From Paragordius varius (taxonomy: Eukaryota > Animalia > Nematomorpha), in the NCBI GenBank assembly GCA_964247055.1, contig OZ176053.1, positions 11,284,001-11,348,000 of the forward strand: a stretch of DNA of 64,000 nt. The letters are read 5' to 3'. Under the pieces are notes generated by a model, which saw nothing but the letters and a program-made list of their open reading frames with translations, had not been told where the DNA came from and ran no database searches. The position numbers and the translations under genes are program-made. Position 1 is the first letter of the stretch. Every line of letters starts with the position of its first letter. Of the stretch, positions 13,301-28,300 are shown in pieces.

Positions 13301-16300
13301 ATTATATATATATATATATATATATAAATATATATAGGACTAAGCATTAATATAACCTTCAAAACATTTTTATATAATGCAATATGTATGTTCAATGGAC
13401 TACGCTCATATTAATATTAAAAACATGCCTATAAACTAATGAACTCAATGATTAATCTCTTTCAATTTTTAAATGCTTTCTAAAAACGTTAAATTCAGGG
13501 GTTCCCAACATAAATGGCTTAACGGGGGGCATTGAAAAACGGCGGACTGCACAAAAAATATATAAAAAACATGGCATTAATAAATAATTATTAAAAACTA
13601 ATGTGAATGTTAGCATATAAAGCTATTTCAACCAACAACTAAGAGTGCTAATTATATCATTGATATTATTTAATTCGGAAACATCTAAATATGTGAAATT
13701 TTTATAAATCTCAAAACTAGCAATCGTCCACCCATCAGTTGTATGAGACGGTTTGTTTAAATTCTCAGTGTGTTTAACCTCTGTCTTTATATCGAACCAT
13801 TCCATATCCCCCAAAAAGTTGTAATAGAGGCTTCTTGTGCAAAATACAGATTGTATAATAATGTGTTTAATAGAGTTTAGGAATATGCCATAATTTGTCA
13901 TTTATAATGCTATCAAACGCCCTGGCAATAACCGACATAAGTAATAAACAGCTGTTTTTTATATTCTCTTATTTTTTCATTATCTACCCTAAAGTGCAAG
14001 AGTGATTGGGCCTAGATATGTTGATACAAAAGTCAGCTTGTGATTATATTTCACGGTTGAATATATTAAAAAATCTATATAAAATTGATTCCCTAAATGA
14101 TAATTAACAGCGTATAAAGCTTTCCATACTCAGTGCTCTATTAAAACCATGTTAATTCTAAAATGTTTGGTATACCTAATTATAAATTAGGGTTTTACCG
14201 CAAAATTCTAAACATCAGACGAACCGATAAAGTCTCTAACACCAAATTTAAGAGAGAAAGATAAAAACAAACATGTGTTTATGTAATATATTATAAAATG
14301 GTTTTCTTTGCCCATATCCTAAGAAATAATCATTTCAAATCATGGTGACGCGGTAGACCATCCATAAGACACCTTAGTTAAATACTAAAGTTGCACAATA
14401 ATGCGAATTTATAAGCAATGTTGGCTATTGCAAAAGACCGTTGCGCACGGAAAGCTTTCTCAACATGACTATGTGTAAATTATTCAAATGATACCATTTA
14501 TTCAAATTGTTGTTTTTTAAAAATAACCCACAGCTAGAAAAACCAATAATTACAAAGAAATTACATGTGTATAATTCTCTCTTGTAGTAACCCCTTCTGT
14601 AATATAAAGGATTCATTTATTACCTTGTACTAATTAATATTGATTTTATATGTTATGTTTGAATCTGTATTTATCGAAAAGCAATTAAAATCAATATTAT
14701 TAGTCTTTAAAGGCGATAGTTTGTATTCGGCAGAGAAAATAAACTGCGTTGTACCGACAAATAAATAATTTAATTTTTAAACACTCAGAAATATTCTCTC
14801 TTTACATCTGAAGACGGTTAAATTTATTTAACATAATCCAGGATTCTTTTAATATATTAAACGTGGGTATGTAGGTGGAGAAATTAATTTTTAAAAAATT
14901 AACATCATTAAGGTTATCATTTTCTATCATAAATAATCATTTTTACGGTGTTGTTTAATGCACGTGATTTAAATTTGCCAAAATTTTAATTTTCACTTGG
15001 CTATAAAACAACAAGATATTATAAAATCTATAAAATACAAAATGTATTGTCCTATTTTTTGAAAGCATCAAACTATTCACCGTTTAATGAAAAAATCGAT
15101 GGTGTATATAAAATAATCAATAGGTCTAAATTTATGAGTTTATGAAAACATGCTTAATAAAAATTATAGTTAATCGGTCATCAATTATATCATTAATATA
15201 TTTGAATAATTGGTAATTCGCTAAAAATTATTGTGAATCCCATGTTGGACACAGCTAATTTAAATTATTATACCTTTCCACACACATTTTTTAGTGTGTG
15301 GATGTTTTGGTCAATGGTAACCCCCCCAAAAAACGTTTTATATTATATTTTTGTTCAATTAATCTTTAAAAGCATGTACATTATTATAAAATAGAATAAA
15401 GCATACAAAAATCCAATTTTCAGAATTAATTATGTGAACAGGACCGTGACACTTAGGATGCCTGACTTGATATATAATAGATCCAGTGACAATATCCAGC
15501 AGTTGAATATCGAATTGATCTACATACAAAAAAACATAAATATAGGAAGAAAAGTAGTTTTTATCCTAAATCATTAAGGTTTTTAAAACGAATAAAATGT
15601 GATATGAATAAAATTTTTATTATTAATAAAAAATAATTATATTTCAAATCTTTTCGCAAAAAAAAACATTTTTAATTTTCATTAGGTCGAAAAAAATTGA
15701 AAAAAAAATGATAAATAATTATGCGTGATAATCAAATTATAGCAAATAAAATACTGTAAAATGTCAAATATTATTAATTAATAATTGTATACCGTGTTCA
15801 CAATCAATACATTCAAGAACAATAGCAACTAGGTTAGGATTTATATAACGATATAATACGTTACGGTCTTCCAATATTTTGCCAGGTGAATCAATTTTTT
15901 CTAAAAGCATAGAGAAATTATGATGTTTTAAATTTTAAAATAAACCATATTATTACAGTCATATAACCTTTAGTTTATCAAAAATTTATTTATAAATATT
16001 TGGTAAAGAATGGAAAAAACAAGAGCTCCATGGTAATTCTCATACTTTTTTGATGAATATGATATTATTAATACCATAGAGCTCTTGTTTTTTCCATTCT
16101 TCACCAAATATTTATACCCATTTAACGAAAAAAAATAAATTTTTGATAAAACAAAGGATACATGACTGTAATATATTTCAATGTAATTACAATAATTATT
16201 CTGCGTTTAAAAGCAATATTAATAAATAAAATATTTTTTTCGATTAAACGCAACCTTTTTCATACAAATTTTTTATTTTTTAATAAAATATAGTATTGTG

Positions 16301-19300
16301 TTAAATAAGGCCAACAAAGTCCCGCGGTGTTGGTTGGCGCATAAAAATGCGCTATAACGGCAAAGGCCAGTTTTTAATGATTTGTAAAATCATTAATTTT
16401 ACACAAGGGCATGTGTTGCGTAAAAAAATCGCCTCAGACTATTGCAAAGTATTGTTATGAATATGAATTACTTCGTGATACGAAAACTCCGAATCCGAAA
16501 TCCTACCCTTTATGATGATGACATTGTGTTAAATGAACGCAATTACTAAACAACTTTAAATATAGCGGTAAATTTGAAAATATTGTTGTTGTTTTTTTGA
16601 AAGAAAAATAGCATAAGAAAATAAAATAAATTTTATGACAAATATAAGTACCGTATGCATTTTTATGGGCTATTGACCGGATAATTTGCTTTCGACTAGT
16701 TAATTGAGTGTTAAAGGTAATTGTTGTTTGAAATGTGCCTGTGTCATCGTTTTCCTAAAAACATACATTATATAATAATATATTATTTTTCATGAATTAA
16801 TAATATAGTCTAATATAAAGCAATACATTGTGAATAACATATTAGATCATTTTCAAAAAATTAGCACATAAACATAATCATATTTATATATTATAAAGAA
16901 GTTTTATTATCAAAATTCCGAATACATGAATATATTTAAAATTTGATAGAATTAAGTGGGAAACTAAGACAAAGCCATCAATAAAATTGGCAAACTATAA
17001 AAGTAATCAATGGTATTAACATTAAAATTTATAAATACTGATACCAAAAAAAAACATTTTATTATCAAAAATATGAAGAAAGTATATTGCGAATTATTAT
17101 ATATACAAATGTACGAATTCTGATCAATATTTTTTTTTAATCAATAAAAAGTTGTGAATTTTTTGGAAATTACAAATAATAAAACTTTAATAAAATTTTT
17201 CAAATGCTAATATAATGAAATATACTGAATAATTGTTGGCATTAATTGTGTATCCAATTGCAAGTCCAGATTGATAATCGACTGTATAGAGATAAGTATT
17301 TGCAAGATATTTGGATTGAAAATATTTCAAATCAAAACCAGTTTTAGGATAAACTTCAATCTAAAAATATTGATAATTAAAATAAAATAAGTGTCATTAT
17401 CATGATCATTAGTGTAAGTAATTTTTTAAAAAAACTGTTGTTAATTTTAAATATTTATTAAAAAAACTATACGACCTTTTCCTACACAAACTATACAGTA
17501 TAGGATATAAAAAATTTGTCATAGTTAACAAATATTAGATTTATAATGATTTATATTCAAAATATTGAGCTTTAAAAGAGGGATGGCCAACACGCAGCGC
17601 TACAAGAATTTCTGTGTGACCCTCGAAAAATTTGGGAATCCATAATTTATAAAAATATGCTCATAAAATCTTAATAAAATTGATGAAACGTTTTTAAATA
17701 AGTCTATCTTAATTGTCAAGAATTAGAAAATATTGCTATATTATGTTTGCATTTTACAGTTTTATGTGTGAAATTTAATAAATTCCCAGGAATGCCCATA
17801 TATATTTCGGATGCGGCCCGCCGGTTTTTTTAAGTCAAAAATGCGATCCGCGAAGCCATTTGTATACAACACCTCTGCTTTATAATATATGGTTGTTTCT
17901 TTTTAAACAAAATATTTGTCTTTTAGTTTTTATCTGTGTAATTTAAAATCCTGTGGCAAATATTTAATGGTATACCATATTTTCCTCGGTTAAAATCACA
18001 ATTGGACGAATATAATGTAACTGATGGTCGGGTTGAAGTATAGCCGTTTGTAACATTTGTTTCATGCTTTTTATGCCTTGAATCGGTGCTGTAATATAGG
18101 CTTTGTTAGGAGTCGAATTATTGGTTAATTCATCATTACTATTCAAGGGCTCACGGAGAGCTCCCGTAAGGGGATTAAAATATACAATAGCATATTTTGC
18201 ATTGTTTTCATTGTGATCGGTGATCTATAATATATATAGTATTTATATAACATTAATTTTATTTTCTAGTATTAGTAAATTTGGTACATTATATATTATA
18301 TTAAAAATTACTAAAATACTAGCAAGTAAGAACAACATAAATTATGTACCATAAAGCGTTCTAACATTATGTGATATATTTGAACGTGGCCAAAAAAAAT
18401 CTTATTTTCGTAATATGCTTTAATAAATAAATCAACATATAAGGTAGCCAAAAACTTAGGCAAAAATTAATATTTATGTTCAAATTTTCCGTTTAATTTA
18501 TATTATTTTTGTGTTATCAACTGCATTTACCCAAACGGGGTAATAGTGGACATATATAAGAAAATAATATAGTAAAGCCAAATCAAATAGTATTTTAATT
18601 ACTATTTTCAAACTCTATTATTGAGTTGAATCTGTTAATTTCATTAATATACGTGAATACCCAGAATTCCAAATAACTTATATAAAATATTTTTATTCTC
18701 TGATAAAGAAATATTTTTCATCTAGTTTCGACATAAAAACTTGAAAATTTATAGAAATTACTCTAAATTTTATCATGTTATATGTGTTTAATTTTATTCT
18801 CTGATGAATAAATATTTGTCATCTAATTTCGACATAATAAAAGATTTATAGCAATTATTCTACATTTTATCATGTTATATGTGTAAAAATTATTTTCTCT
18901 ATACATTAAAAGTTTATAAAAATTAGATTTTATATTTCATCATGAGATTTTTATTGTATTATATAACACATTATATTTATCATCAATATATCACATTGAT
19001 ATTGTTTTAAAATTGATAAAACTATAAGATTTTAACCTCTTTAGGGCCAACAAATTTTCCAATGATTGCAGACATTGGAGGTAATGGGTAATGAGAAGAG
19101 CCCCTTAATTGATACATGGCCAATTGATAATAATAATTGTCGTCCGAAAACTTGGCGTTTTTATGGAATGGTTTAATGTATTTGCCAAGATTCAATGAAT
19201 ATAAAATATTCCCGGTTTGGCTATCGATTCCAAATACCTGACCCAAATGTACGGTTAAACAAAAAATGGTTAACTACTATTATTGTTGTTTCAAGGATAT

Positions 19301-22300
19301 ATTATTTTTTAATAACGCTTCTTAAATTTTGTTAAAACGTTTAAAATTTGAAAGGCAAAATTTATGAAACTCAATGAGGATGATAATAAAATATTTCTTA
19401 ATTAATAATTGTAATCATCCCTTCAAAAAATAATGGCAGAAATTGTAATATAAGTTAAAAAGAAAACGTTAATTATTTTTATTACATTCATAGTATCGAA
19501 GACTGTAGGTTCGAAATCGTCAACGATTTCACCTATTTAGGTAATATCAGTAATAATAATGGAAACCCTCAAACAACCATATCACATAGAATCTAACTCG
19601 GTTGGGCAAAATTTAACCAACTCAGATATGTTTTGACACATAAAGACATAACCGTAAAAAATAAAATCAAAATGTATAAAGTGGGTGTCCGCCCTACCCT
19701 TACCTACGCCAGCGAAACCTGGGCAATCACAAAAACATTAGAATCGAGATTGAAAAGAACGGAAGATAAAATGCTAAAATATATGATGATAAATCCTACC
19801 ATTGAACCAGAACCAATAACAGCTTTTATCAGAACAAATAGACTTCGGTATTTTGGACACATAGACAGATCCAGTATAGACTCACCTGCAAAGGTAATTC
19901 TTGATTTACAGATTCCTGCCCCCAACCGTAAAGGGAGGCTAAAAACAACTTGGACTCAAATCATAGAACAAGACTTTAAATTCCTGAACATACCTCGAAA
20001 CGCAACAAATGATAGAGACATATATCGTAACTTAATCCATGGAACCCAATAACTGGGCCAAACCAATAATACCTATCATTAACACACTATGTTAAATATA
20101 TACAATGCATTACTGTGGTTCCCAAAAGGGGGTCGTAGAAAAATCTAGGGGAGGCGCAAGAAATTAGGGAATTTTAATTAAAAAATATAACCTTGAAACA
20201 CATTGAAGGTTACAAGAGAATATCAGGTGCAAATTATCAGATTCATCCCGATATGGTAAAAATATTTCAACAATTGCAGTACAACGATTTCATTCATTAT
20301 GATTTTCATAATATTATAATAAATTTTGCATTTTTATCTTTATTTGTTTTGAGAGAAGGGGGTAGGCGCAAGTTTTTTTTTCAATTAGGTGGGGGGTGAA
20401 CATAAAATTATTGGGAACCACTAATGTAATATATATTTTAGTATACAAATTATAATTTTATTATTGAATAAAAGAACTAATAATATACGGACAAAACGTA
20501 AATATATAAAAACAAATATTTTTTTCTTGACAACCACTTTTTAAATCTTGATTGTTTTAGATATAACTCATTGTTTTGAACTGTAAAGTATGAAATAGAG
20601 ATGTATATTGTGGTAACACAAACAATTACGTATTTTTCAACTGTAATTAACTGATTTATTGGATTTAAAGTTTTAAAAAAAAGTGTGGTTGTCTTCTCAA
20701 ACACAATTTTTTTGTCTTTTTGTTTTGTCTGTATACAATTTCAATTTTTACTGTAATATTTAATTACAAAATATTGTTATAAATGAAACCTTTGACGCCT
20801 TAGTGGTAATAACAATCAATTTTCGAATGTTAAATTTATCTCGAAATATTTGTTGTTGCGACAATGTTCCCTCATCTCTTCTGTTGTGTGACAAAACATC
20901 AAAATATTTTGCATGTGTCCCATACTTTTGCGTAGCATAATTTTGTCCCTTATTTGTCATAAATTTTGAATTGCCAAACAACAACGATGAGATAAATGTG
21001 TTAAAATTTAATTTAGTGGCTACTGAACCCAAAAATATTTGTGAACAAAATTGCCAAATATTTGTCAATAAATCTGTGTAATGACTCATGGAATTTAACA
21101 TGAAATTTTGGGCTTCTTGCCAAACATCAAAGATTTGATAATAGATGCGGTAAGCAAAACGGTTTAGGATAAATGGGTGCTGTATACCTATGTAAAAAGG
21201 TTATAATAATAATTTTTTATGATAGAAATTATATACGGTATGCATTTTAATGGTTACTTATTTAAGAATATAGTATGGAAATTTGCTTCCACAGAGGTGT
21301 ATGGAAAAAAACGACAGAACTTTGAATAAACGATTATTTTCGTTTTTTTCCATACACCACGTGTTGCGAATTGACCAACTATAGTGTGAAATAAGCAACC
21401 ATTAAAATGCATACTGTGTATATTTAATGGAATGCATATTATAAAATAAATGAAGTAAAATAATCGCATCCCCTCATACATAATGACTTACCTTAGAGGC
21501 AAAAAATAAAGATTATTATCCGCATCATAACCCTTTTTAATGATGCATAAAATTTAAAGTTTTAGTTTGAAATTTATTAATATTTATTTACAATTTTTTA
21601 TAGGAAAAAATAAAAGATATGTAAGATATAATATTTTTTATAGCTTTTGGCACATGTAATATAAAAAAATTATCCACAAAATATACCATTTGCACTTCAA
21701 GTTGGTCCTTGAACATTTCAAGTTAGTCCTTTGACTTTTTTGTTTTTTTTAACTTTTATCAATCAAATCGTATATCATTCATATAATTTAACGTTTTTAA
21801 CCTATTTTCTATAACTTACGATAAATTTTAAATAATTATCAACTTTTAATCGTTGAGAAACCGTATATCTTTATTAATTTTTTAAAATTATTTTGATTTA
21901 TAAAATTGTAACACATAATTAAAAAATAAATAAGTTTTCTGGCTTATTAATTACAATTTTTCATTAAAAACATTTAAAAGTTGATAATTATTTAAATTGA
22001 ATTAGTTAAATAAAAAAATGGTTTTTGAATATAAAATTTATTTTTAAATGAATAAATATATAATAAATTAAGATAATTAGATTAAAAATAAAAAAATTTA
22101 TGCAAAAATGGTTAATTTAAAATTTAAAAATTTTAAGAACCAACTTGAAGTGTTCAAGGACACTCTTGAAGTGGAAATGGTATAGTTGGTGGTCATGGGA
22201 TTACAACACTAAAGTTGTTTTTAATTGTTTATATAATACATATGGATACAAAAAATATTACTGGCATCTAAATAGCTTTGTTCCGTTGTTACAATGTGTT

Positions 22301-25300
22301 TATTTGCGATCGGTAGATCTATGACATCAACACTTAGGGGCTCACTTAATGACTCTTCTCTAATCCATTTTATTTGACCTGAAAAATAAAATAATGTTTA
22401 TTGTGTAGATATTAGAAAGAAATAATTTTAATTCGTTATCAATATCAAAACTTGTAATTTAAAGATTTAGAACAGGAACCTTAGTTATATGGGAAAAATA
22501 GCTAGTCATTAAGTGGTTAAAAGTTTATATTTTTTTATCATTATTCACATAATAAAATAATTATTTGTAGATTTTGAGATCGAAAACCAAATTAAAACTA
22601 TTGAACCAAAAGATAGGAGAAAAATTCGTCCAATTTTTTCACAAAACATCTTTTCGAGCTTAAGCCGTTTTTTCGTAAAGAAATATGAAATACCGAAACC
22701 AGAGTCGGGAAATCGTGTCATTCCAAGTAAAATACAATATGAGTAAAAAATGCATTGCTAATTTTTGATTAAATGTTGCCAGATAGCATATAGAGTAAAG
22801 GGTGATATTATTGGATTAAAATTATTTTTTTTCGTTTTATACGGCTATTACGAGTATTTAAACGAGTTGGCCAGAGTAATACATTACATGATTGTCGAAT
22901 TTTAAAGTACCGGTAGAGGGAATTTGTGATTCTGAAATTCCTAATATGTCATTTTATGCTAGGTCGTTTCGTTAACTACAAAATCCAATTTATTATTGTT
23001 ATAAGCACACCGTAAATTCCACGTTCCGATACGGATGCACAGATTACGTGATCTCAACATTAGAAAAATGTGTTTAGAATGGTAGGATGTGATGAGAAAT
23101 ATGTTAAGGATATGTAAGAGGTATAAAATCAATGTTTTTGGTAAAAAAGGTATACTTTAGAATTCGACAATCGTATAATGTATTACTCTGGCCATAACTC
23201 GTTAAAAACCAACGGTGTCGGTATGATAATGAATAACTAGCTAAATTATCCGACATTTTTAATCCAATCAATGAACGTATAATTGCAATCCGCATACAAA
23301 CAACCCTTCAACCCATTACATTTTTCAAATTTACGCCCCGATCTCCTCTTACAGCAATGACGACTGTTAATTCCATCATTTGAAATGACAAAACATTTCC
23401 TATGACGGGTGATATGGGCTTGGGCATAAAAAAAACTAGAGAGGTGATAGATTGATTGAGTTCTGTGCTAACCATCGTTTCTTCGACACCCCCTTTTTAA
23501 ACAACCTAAACGACGTCTCACATGGCGTTCCCATGTCAAAGATACCTTAACCAAATTGACTTCATATTAGGTATGGTAAAATATAAAAATTCATTTCATA
23601 ATGTCAAATGCCTCCCAGGATCGGATTGCTACAGCGACCACAACCTATTGATCGAACTAATAATTACAACTTTTCAAAATATCCAAACTCACCAGAACAA
23701 GATTAAATTATGATATAATCGACGACAAGCTTATCACCGCTTTATCAAATAAATTAGAGTGTCTGGATCAAATTCCGAAAATTATCACAATATAAATTTT
23801 TTTTAAAACGCTATACACACAATCTGCAGAGATACAGCCGACGAATTTATACAGCCTCTCAAACATACTAAACAAAAAATGTCAATAAAAAGTCTTATCG
23901 CAGAAAAACGTAGAGAATTTAAAATCAAATGCAAATGGGATGAATCAAACAACTAAACAGTGTTCAAAAGAGCGCAAAAGAGGACAAAAATAATTGTTAC
24001 GACCAATTGTGCGAAAAATTAGAAACAGACGCCAAATCAAACAATGTTATTTCACACAAAAAACTTTCCACAAGGGACTCATGATAAACGACAACAACTC
24101 AATCGTCACTGAAAAAGACGAAATCCGCAAACTCTGGCTTAAACATATAAGTACTCAAGAGAAAGACCCACCGAATGAAAGAAGAAGTTGAACACGCTAA
24201 AAAACACTCTAGTATCGGCAAATCAAAGAGCCACATAGACATCCTAACTGTAATAATAAAATATATTATCAATATACCCACCAAATTATTCCATATATAT
24301 AATAACCATTCCTGAGGATTGGTTTGAATCAATTATGATTCCTTTTTAAAAAAAGGTAATCCAGAACTGTGCGATAACTATCGCACCATAGCGCTCATAA
24401 ACCAGGTGTCCAAAGTTTTCCTAAAATAATACAGGTTCGACTAAATACCATTCTTGATATCCACGATTCAGGCTGGTTTTTGAAAAGGTAGAGATGCCGA
24501 GATATGATATACAATATGAGATGGATACTGGAGAAACATATAATCGAATTCAACAAAGAAGTGCACATGTGCTTTGTCGATTTTTCCAAAGAATTTGATT
24601 CCATCCAAACATTAAATTACGAACATCCATAAAACAGCTTGGAGTATCAACCCATCTAATCAACGGTCATATCCTCAATTTACTTAAATTCCACGGCTGT
24701 AGTATCTACACTTCATGGTATAACTGACTCATGTAAGGTGCAAGTCGGCCTACACCAAGGATGCCTTCTATCCCCAATTCTCTTTAACGCATTCCTCGAA
24801 TGCATATTAAGAAACATCCCAGAAACTTATCACATTCGTTCATTACGCGGATGACAGTCTTCTTCGCAGACAGCGTAGCCTCATTATCGGAAGCTTCAAG
24901 TGTTTACAACAGAATGCAATAAAATCGGATTAAATATCAACTTTAAAAAAACAAAAGTTCTGTTAATCAACCAGGCTCAAACAACTAATGCAATCATCCT
25001 CAAAGGTAATCAGATTGAAACGGTAAACAGTTATACGTATTTGGGCATCATTATTAACAATGACAACAACTCTACTTCAGAAATAAAACCAAGATTGCCA
25101 TCGGAAAAGTAGTCATATTCAAATATAACAAGAATTGGACGTCACATGACATCAAACTAAAAACCAAAATTAGATTAATCAAGGCAACAGTTTTCCCCTG
25201 AAAAAATATGACGAACGACTAATAAATTCTTTCGAAGTATGGGTTTGGAGGGAGCTTCTCCAAATAAAATGGACAGACAAAATTCCTAACGCCATTATTT

Positions 25301-28300
25301 TAAGTAAAATTAATCTGGAAATGTCACTACTAGGCAGCCTAATACGGCAAAAACTATCCTTTTTTGGTCATATTATGAGATCTAACTCACTTGAAAAGTC
25401 ACTGCTGCTGGGAAAAATCAGTGATGCTCGTTAAAGAGGAAGGAGACGAACTCGTTGGATGGATAACATCCTAACCAATCACTATCCGAACGCCAGATCC
25501 GGTATTCGCAATGAATGGAGGTTATATTTTTTAAGTTGCAGTTAGTCGGAATCGACCTTAGCAACAACAACAACGGCTATTAGTCAATAATAATGCTCTT
25601 TAATAATGTATATAGATATATTAACACTTGATATTAATTTAAGAATTCGAAATAGTTGGGCAAATTATAAAAAGATCTCAAGTGTTTTGTGTGACAAAAA
25701 TATTGACCTAAAAGTAAAGGGTAAGATTTACAGTGCTGTTGTACAGCCAACAATGATGTACAACTCACAGACATGGGCAATAAAGAAATCAGAAGAGAGG
25801 CACTTTGAGGTTACTGAAATGAGAATGCTTAGATTGATGTGCGGTGTAACGAGGAATGACAAGGTGAAGAATGTCTACATAAGAGGAAGTACGGAAATCA
25901 AACCGGTAACGCAAAAGATGATGGTAAATCGTTTAAGATGGTTCGGACATGTTGAAAGAAGAGATAAAAATTACATTGGTAAAAAGATTGATGATTATAT
26001 TGTAAAAGGCAAGAGGGGAAAATGGCGCCCTAAAACGCGAAGACGCCTTAGACAGGGTTCTATGGCGAAATAGTTTACGGATATGACCGCTCGAAAGAGT
26101 GATATCATATAATGTAATTATTATTATTATTATTAATAATGTATATAGACTAACAAAACTTAATTAAAATAGAGATTAATATTTACCCACACTTTAAATT
26201 AATTTATAATAATACCATGGTAAAGGCATAAAAGTGCACCATCAGACATTTGTATTATAATATTAATTCCATCAAACGTTATTTCATTTGTTTCCAAACT
26301 GGGAATGGCTAATATCTAAATAATTACATAATTTTCTAAATAAATAAAAAAATCTATACTATAATTCAATAAAAGTTTACGAAAAAAAATTATTTAATTA
26401 TTGTACTCTTTTCATATCTTCTGTACTGTGAAGTAGTGCATGGTCAAGTGTTATAGATGAAATTTTAGTTAATTGTAATGTTTCGCTGTTATCCCCTTTT
26501 TCAAATTGGTATAATGTAAAGGTCTGCAAAGGTTAACATAAAAAATATATAAAATTCAACAAAATAGTACAAATTAATAATATTATGAACGATAAAAATC
26601 TATAAAAAATGAATACATTTGAAAAAAATAAGTATGATAAAGCGATTATAACATAAAAATCAAACAAAATATTTTTTTTATATCAAAAAAACTAACCGTT
26701 AAAATGTTCCCTGGGCTATTATGAGATTCAATGTTATTGGCTAAATAATGATCTCTGTTTGTGAAAGCAGTCAAAACAAATGTATGGATTTGTCCATTAT
26801 GTTTTGCATTAAAGACGTGGAAATGATTCACCTTTAACCATAAAATAAATTATGACATAAATAAAAATGAATTATGGGCATGGCATATCTAAGTATAAAA
26901 TTATTATTTGATTTTTCATTTTTCCATATCAAATTCTATAATGTAAATTACTAAAATGAAACTAGGTATCAAAATATATTATAAAAAATAGTAAAAATTA
27001 ATATATTTGTAGAATTGGATTATGACCGTTTAAAAAAATAGGTTTGCCGTTTATCGTAAAAATTTTAAATTGATAAAAAAGTAAATTTTGTTGTTTTTAA
27101 AAGCGAAATAAAATTAACAATTTAACTCCTAAACTATATGATCTTTTATGGATAAACTAACTGGGATTAAACCTTAGATTTAAAATAAATTACTTTTGTA
27201 CTGTATAATTTAAAATTAAAATATACCAAAGCTATTGGTGATAAATGTTTAAATTGAAATGCTATTCGTTTATCGTTGGGCATTTTGGTTTTTTCTTGTA
27301 GCTCAAGTTCATTCATGTAAAAAATATATAAATTTATGTTGATTAATTGACATAAAATGACATTTTTATCGATTGTTAGGTATAATCCTTCATTTAATGA
27401 CATTGGACGCATCACGGATTTTGATTCATTTGGTGGTAAAATGGCCTGACAAAAATATAAAAATGTATTATTAATAATAAGGATTTCTTCATTCATCCAA
27501 TCTAATTTGACTTATTTTTTTTGAATAAATATTAACTCTATTTTGAACACGTACATAAAAATATAAACAAGCAAAATAATAATAAATATAAAAATGTAAT
27601 GTTTATCGCAAATATTTATATTGTTGGAATCGTTTGATATGATACTGTTTTCAAAATGATTTTTATCCTTATACAACCTTTTGTAATATATAAAAAACTG
27701 TAATTTATAAATATTTATAGTTATATCGCTTCCACAAAAACTTTATATTTATCTTTAAATCAAGGCTGTGCACCGGGTGGAAAGTGATGGAATCGGTTCC
27801 TAGATTCAACTCAAGAATAATTAATATAGAAAATAGAAAAGAACTTACGGTATCTAAATGAAAGCATCCATATTGATTGCAATAGAGAAAGGTGTTTGAA
27901 ACATCGTCAAAGATAAATATATATTTGTCATTTAAGTTTGGTTTAACCCTACACACATAAAAATCTAACGTTACAAAAAGGAAACGTATAATATAGGTGA
28001 AATTTTTGGTCATAAAGATAATCATATTTGTTGATTTTTAACACTCCTATAAGTACAATTTACAATTCGTGAATAGTTATATGATTAAAAATTACCGTTT
28101 AAGCAAGTAAACTATTTGCCATTTACTTTTTATTTTTAATATTATAATAAATACAAAAGCAAATTTATTGTTTAAAGTAATACCCATGCAATTTTGTCCA
28201 TGAGTTAATAGGATAAGATTTTTGTGACACCAAATTTGGTGTTAAAGTTATGTCGTTTGGTATTTCCAACTGGTAATGAATTAATTCATATGGTGAGTCC

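Noticed and set aside
16310-16380. GC-rich stem-loops (GCGCAT-AAAA-ATGCGC) in an EMC1 intron, considered as snoRNA, miRNA or a Helitron end
   Set aside because: No C/D or H/ACA boxes, no long miRNA-like stem and no CTRR at the expected distance; probably a TE fragment.
17206-17224. 19-nt GT-AG candidate intron in EMC1
   Set aside because: The downstream frame gives non-homologous text and a stop; the true next exon (ENDDTG...) is at ~16754. No intron below 23 nt was verified.
26187-26215. Apparent 24-nt intron followed by a 5-nt microexon (TGTGG) and a GTAAAT donor in EMC1
   Set aside because: Including it shifts the frame relative to the next exon (22378), whereas direct splicing gives YHG|QIKWIREESL matching homologues. 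At most a cryptic or poison event.
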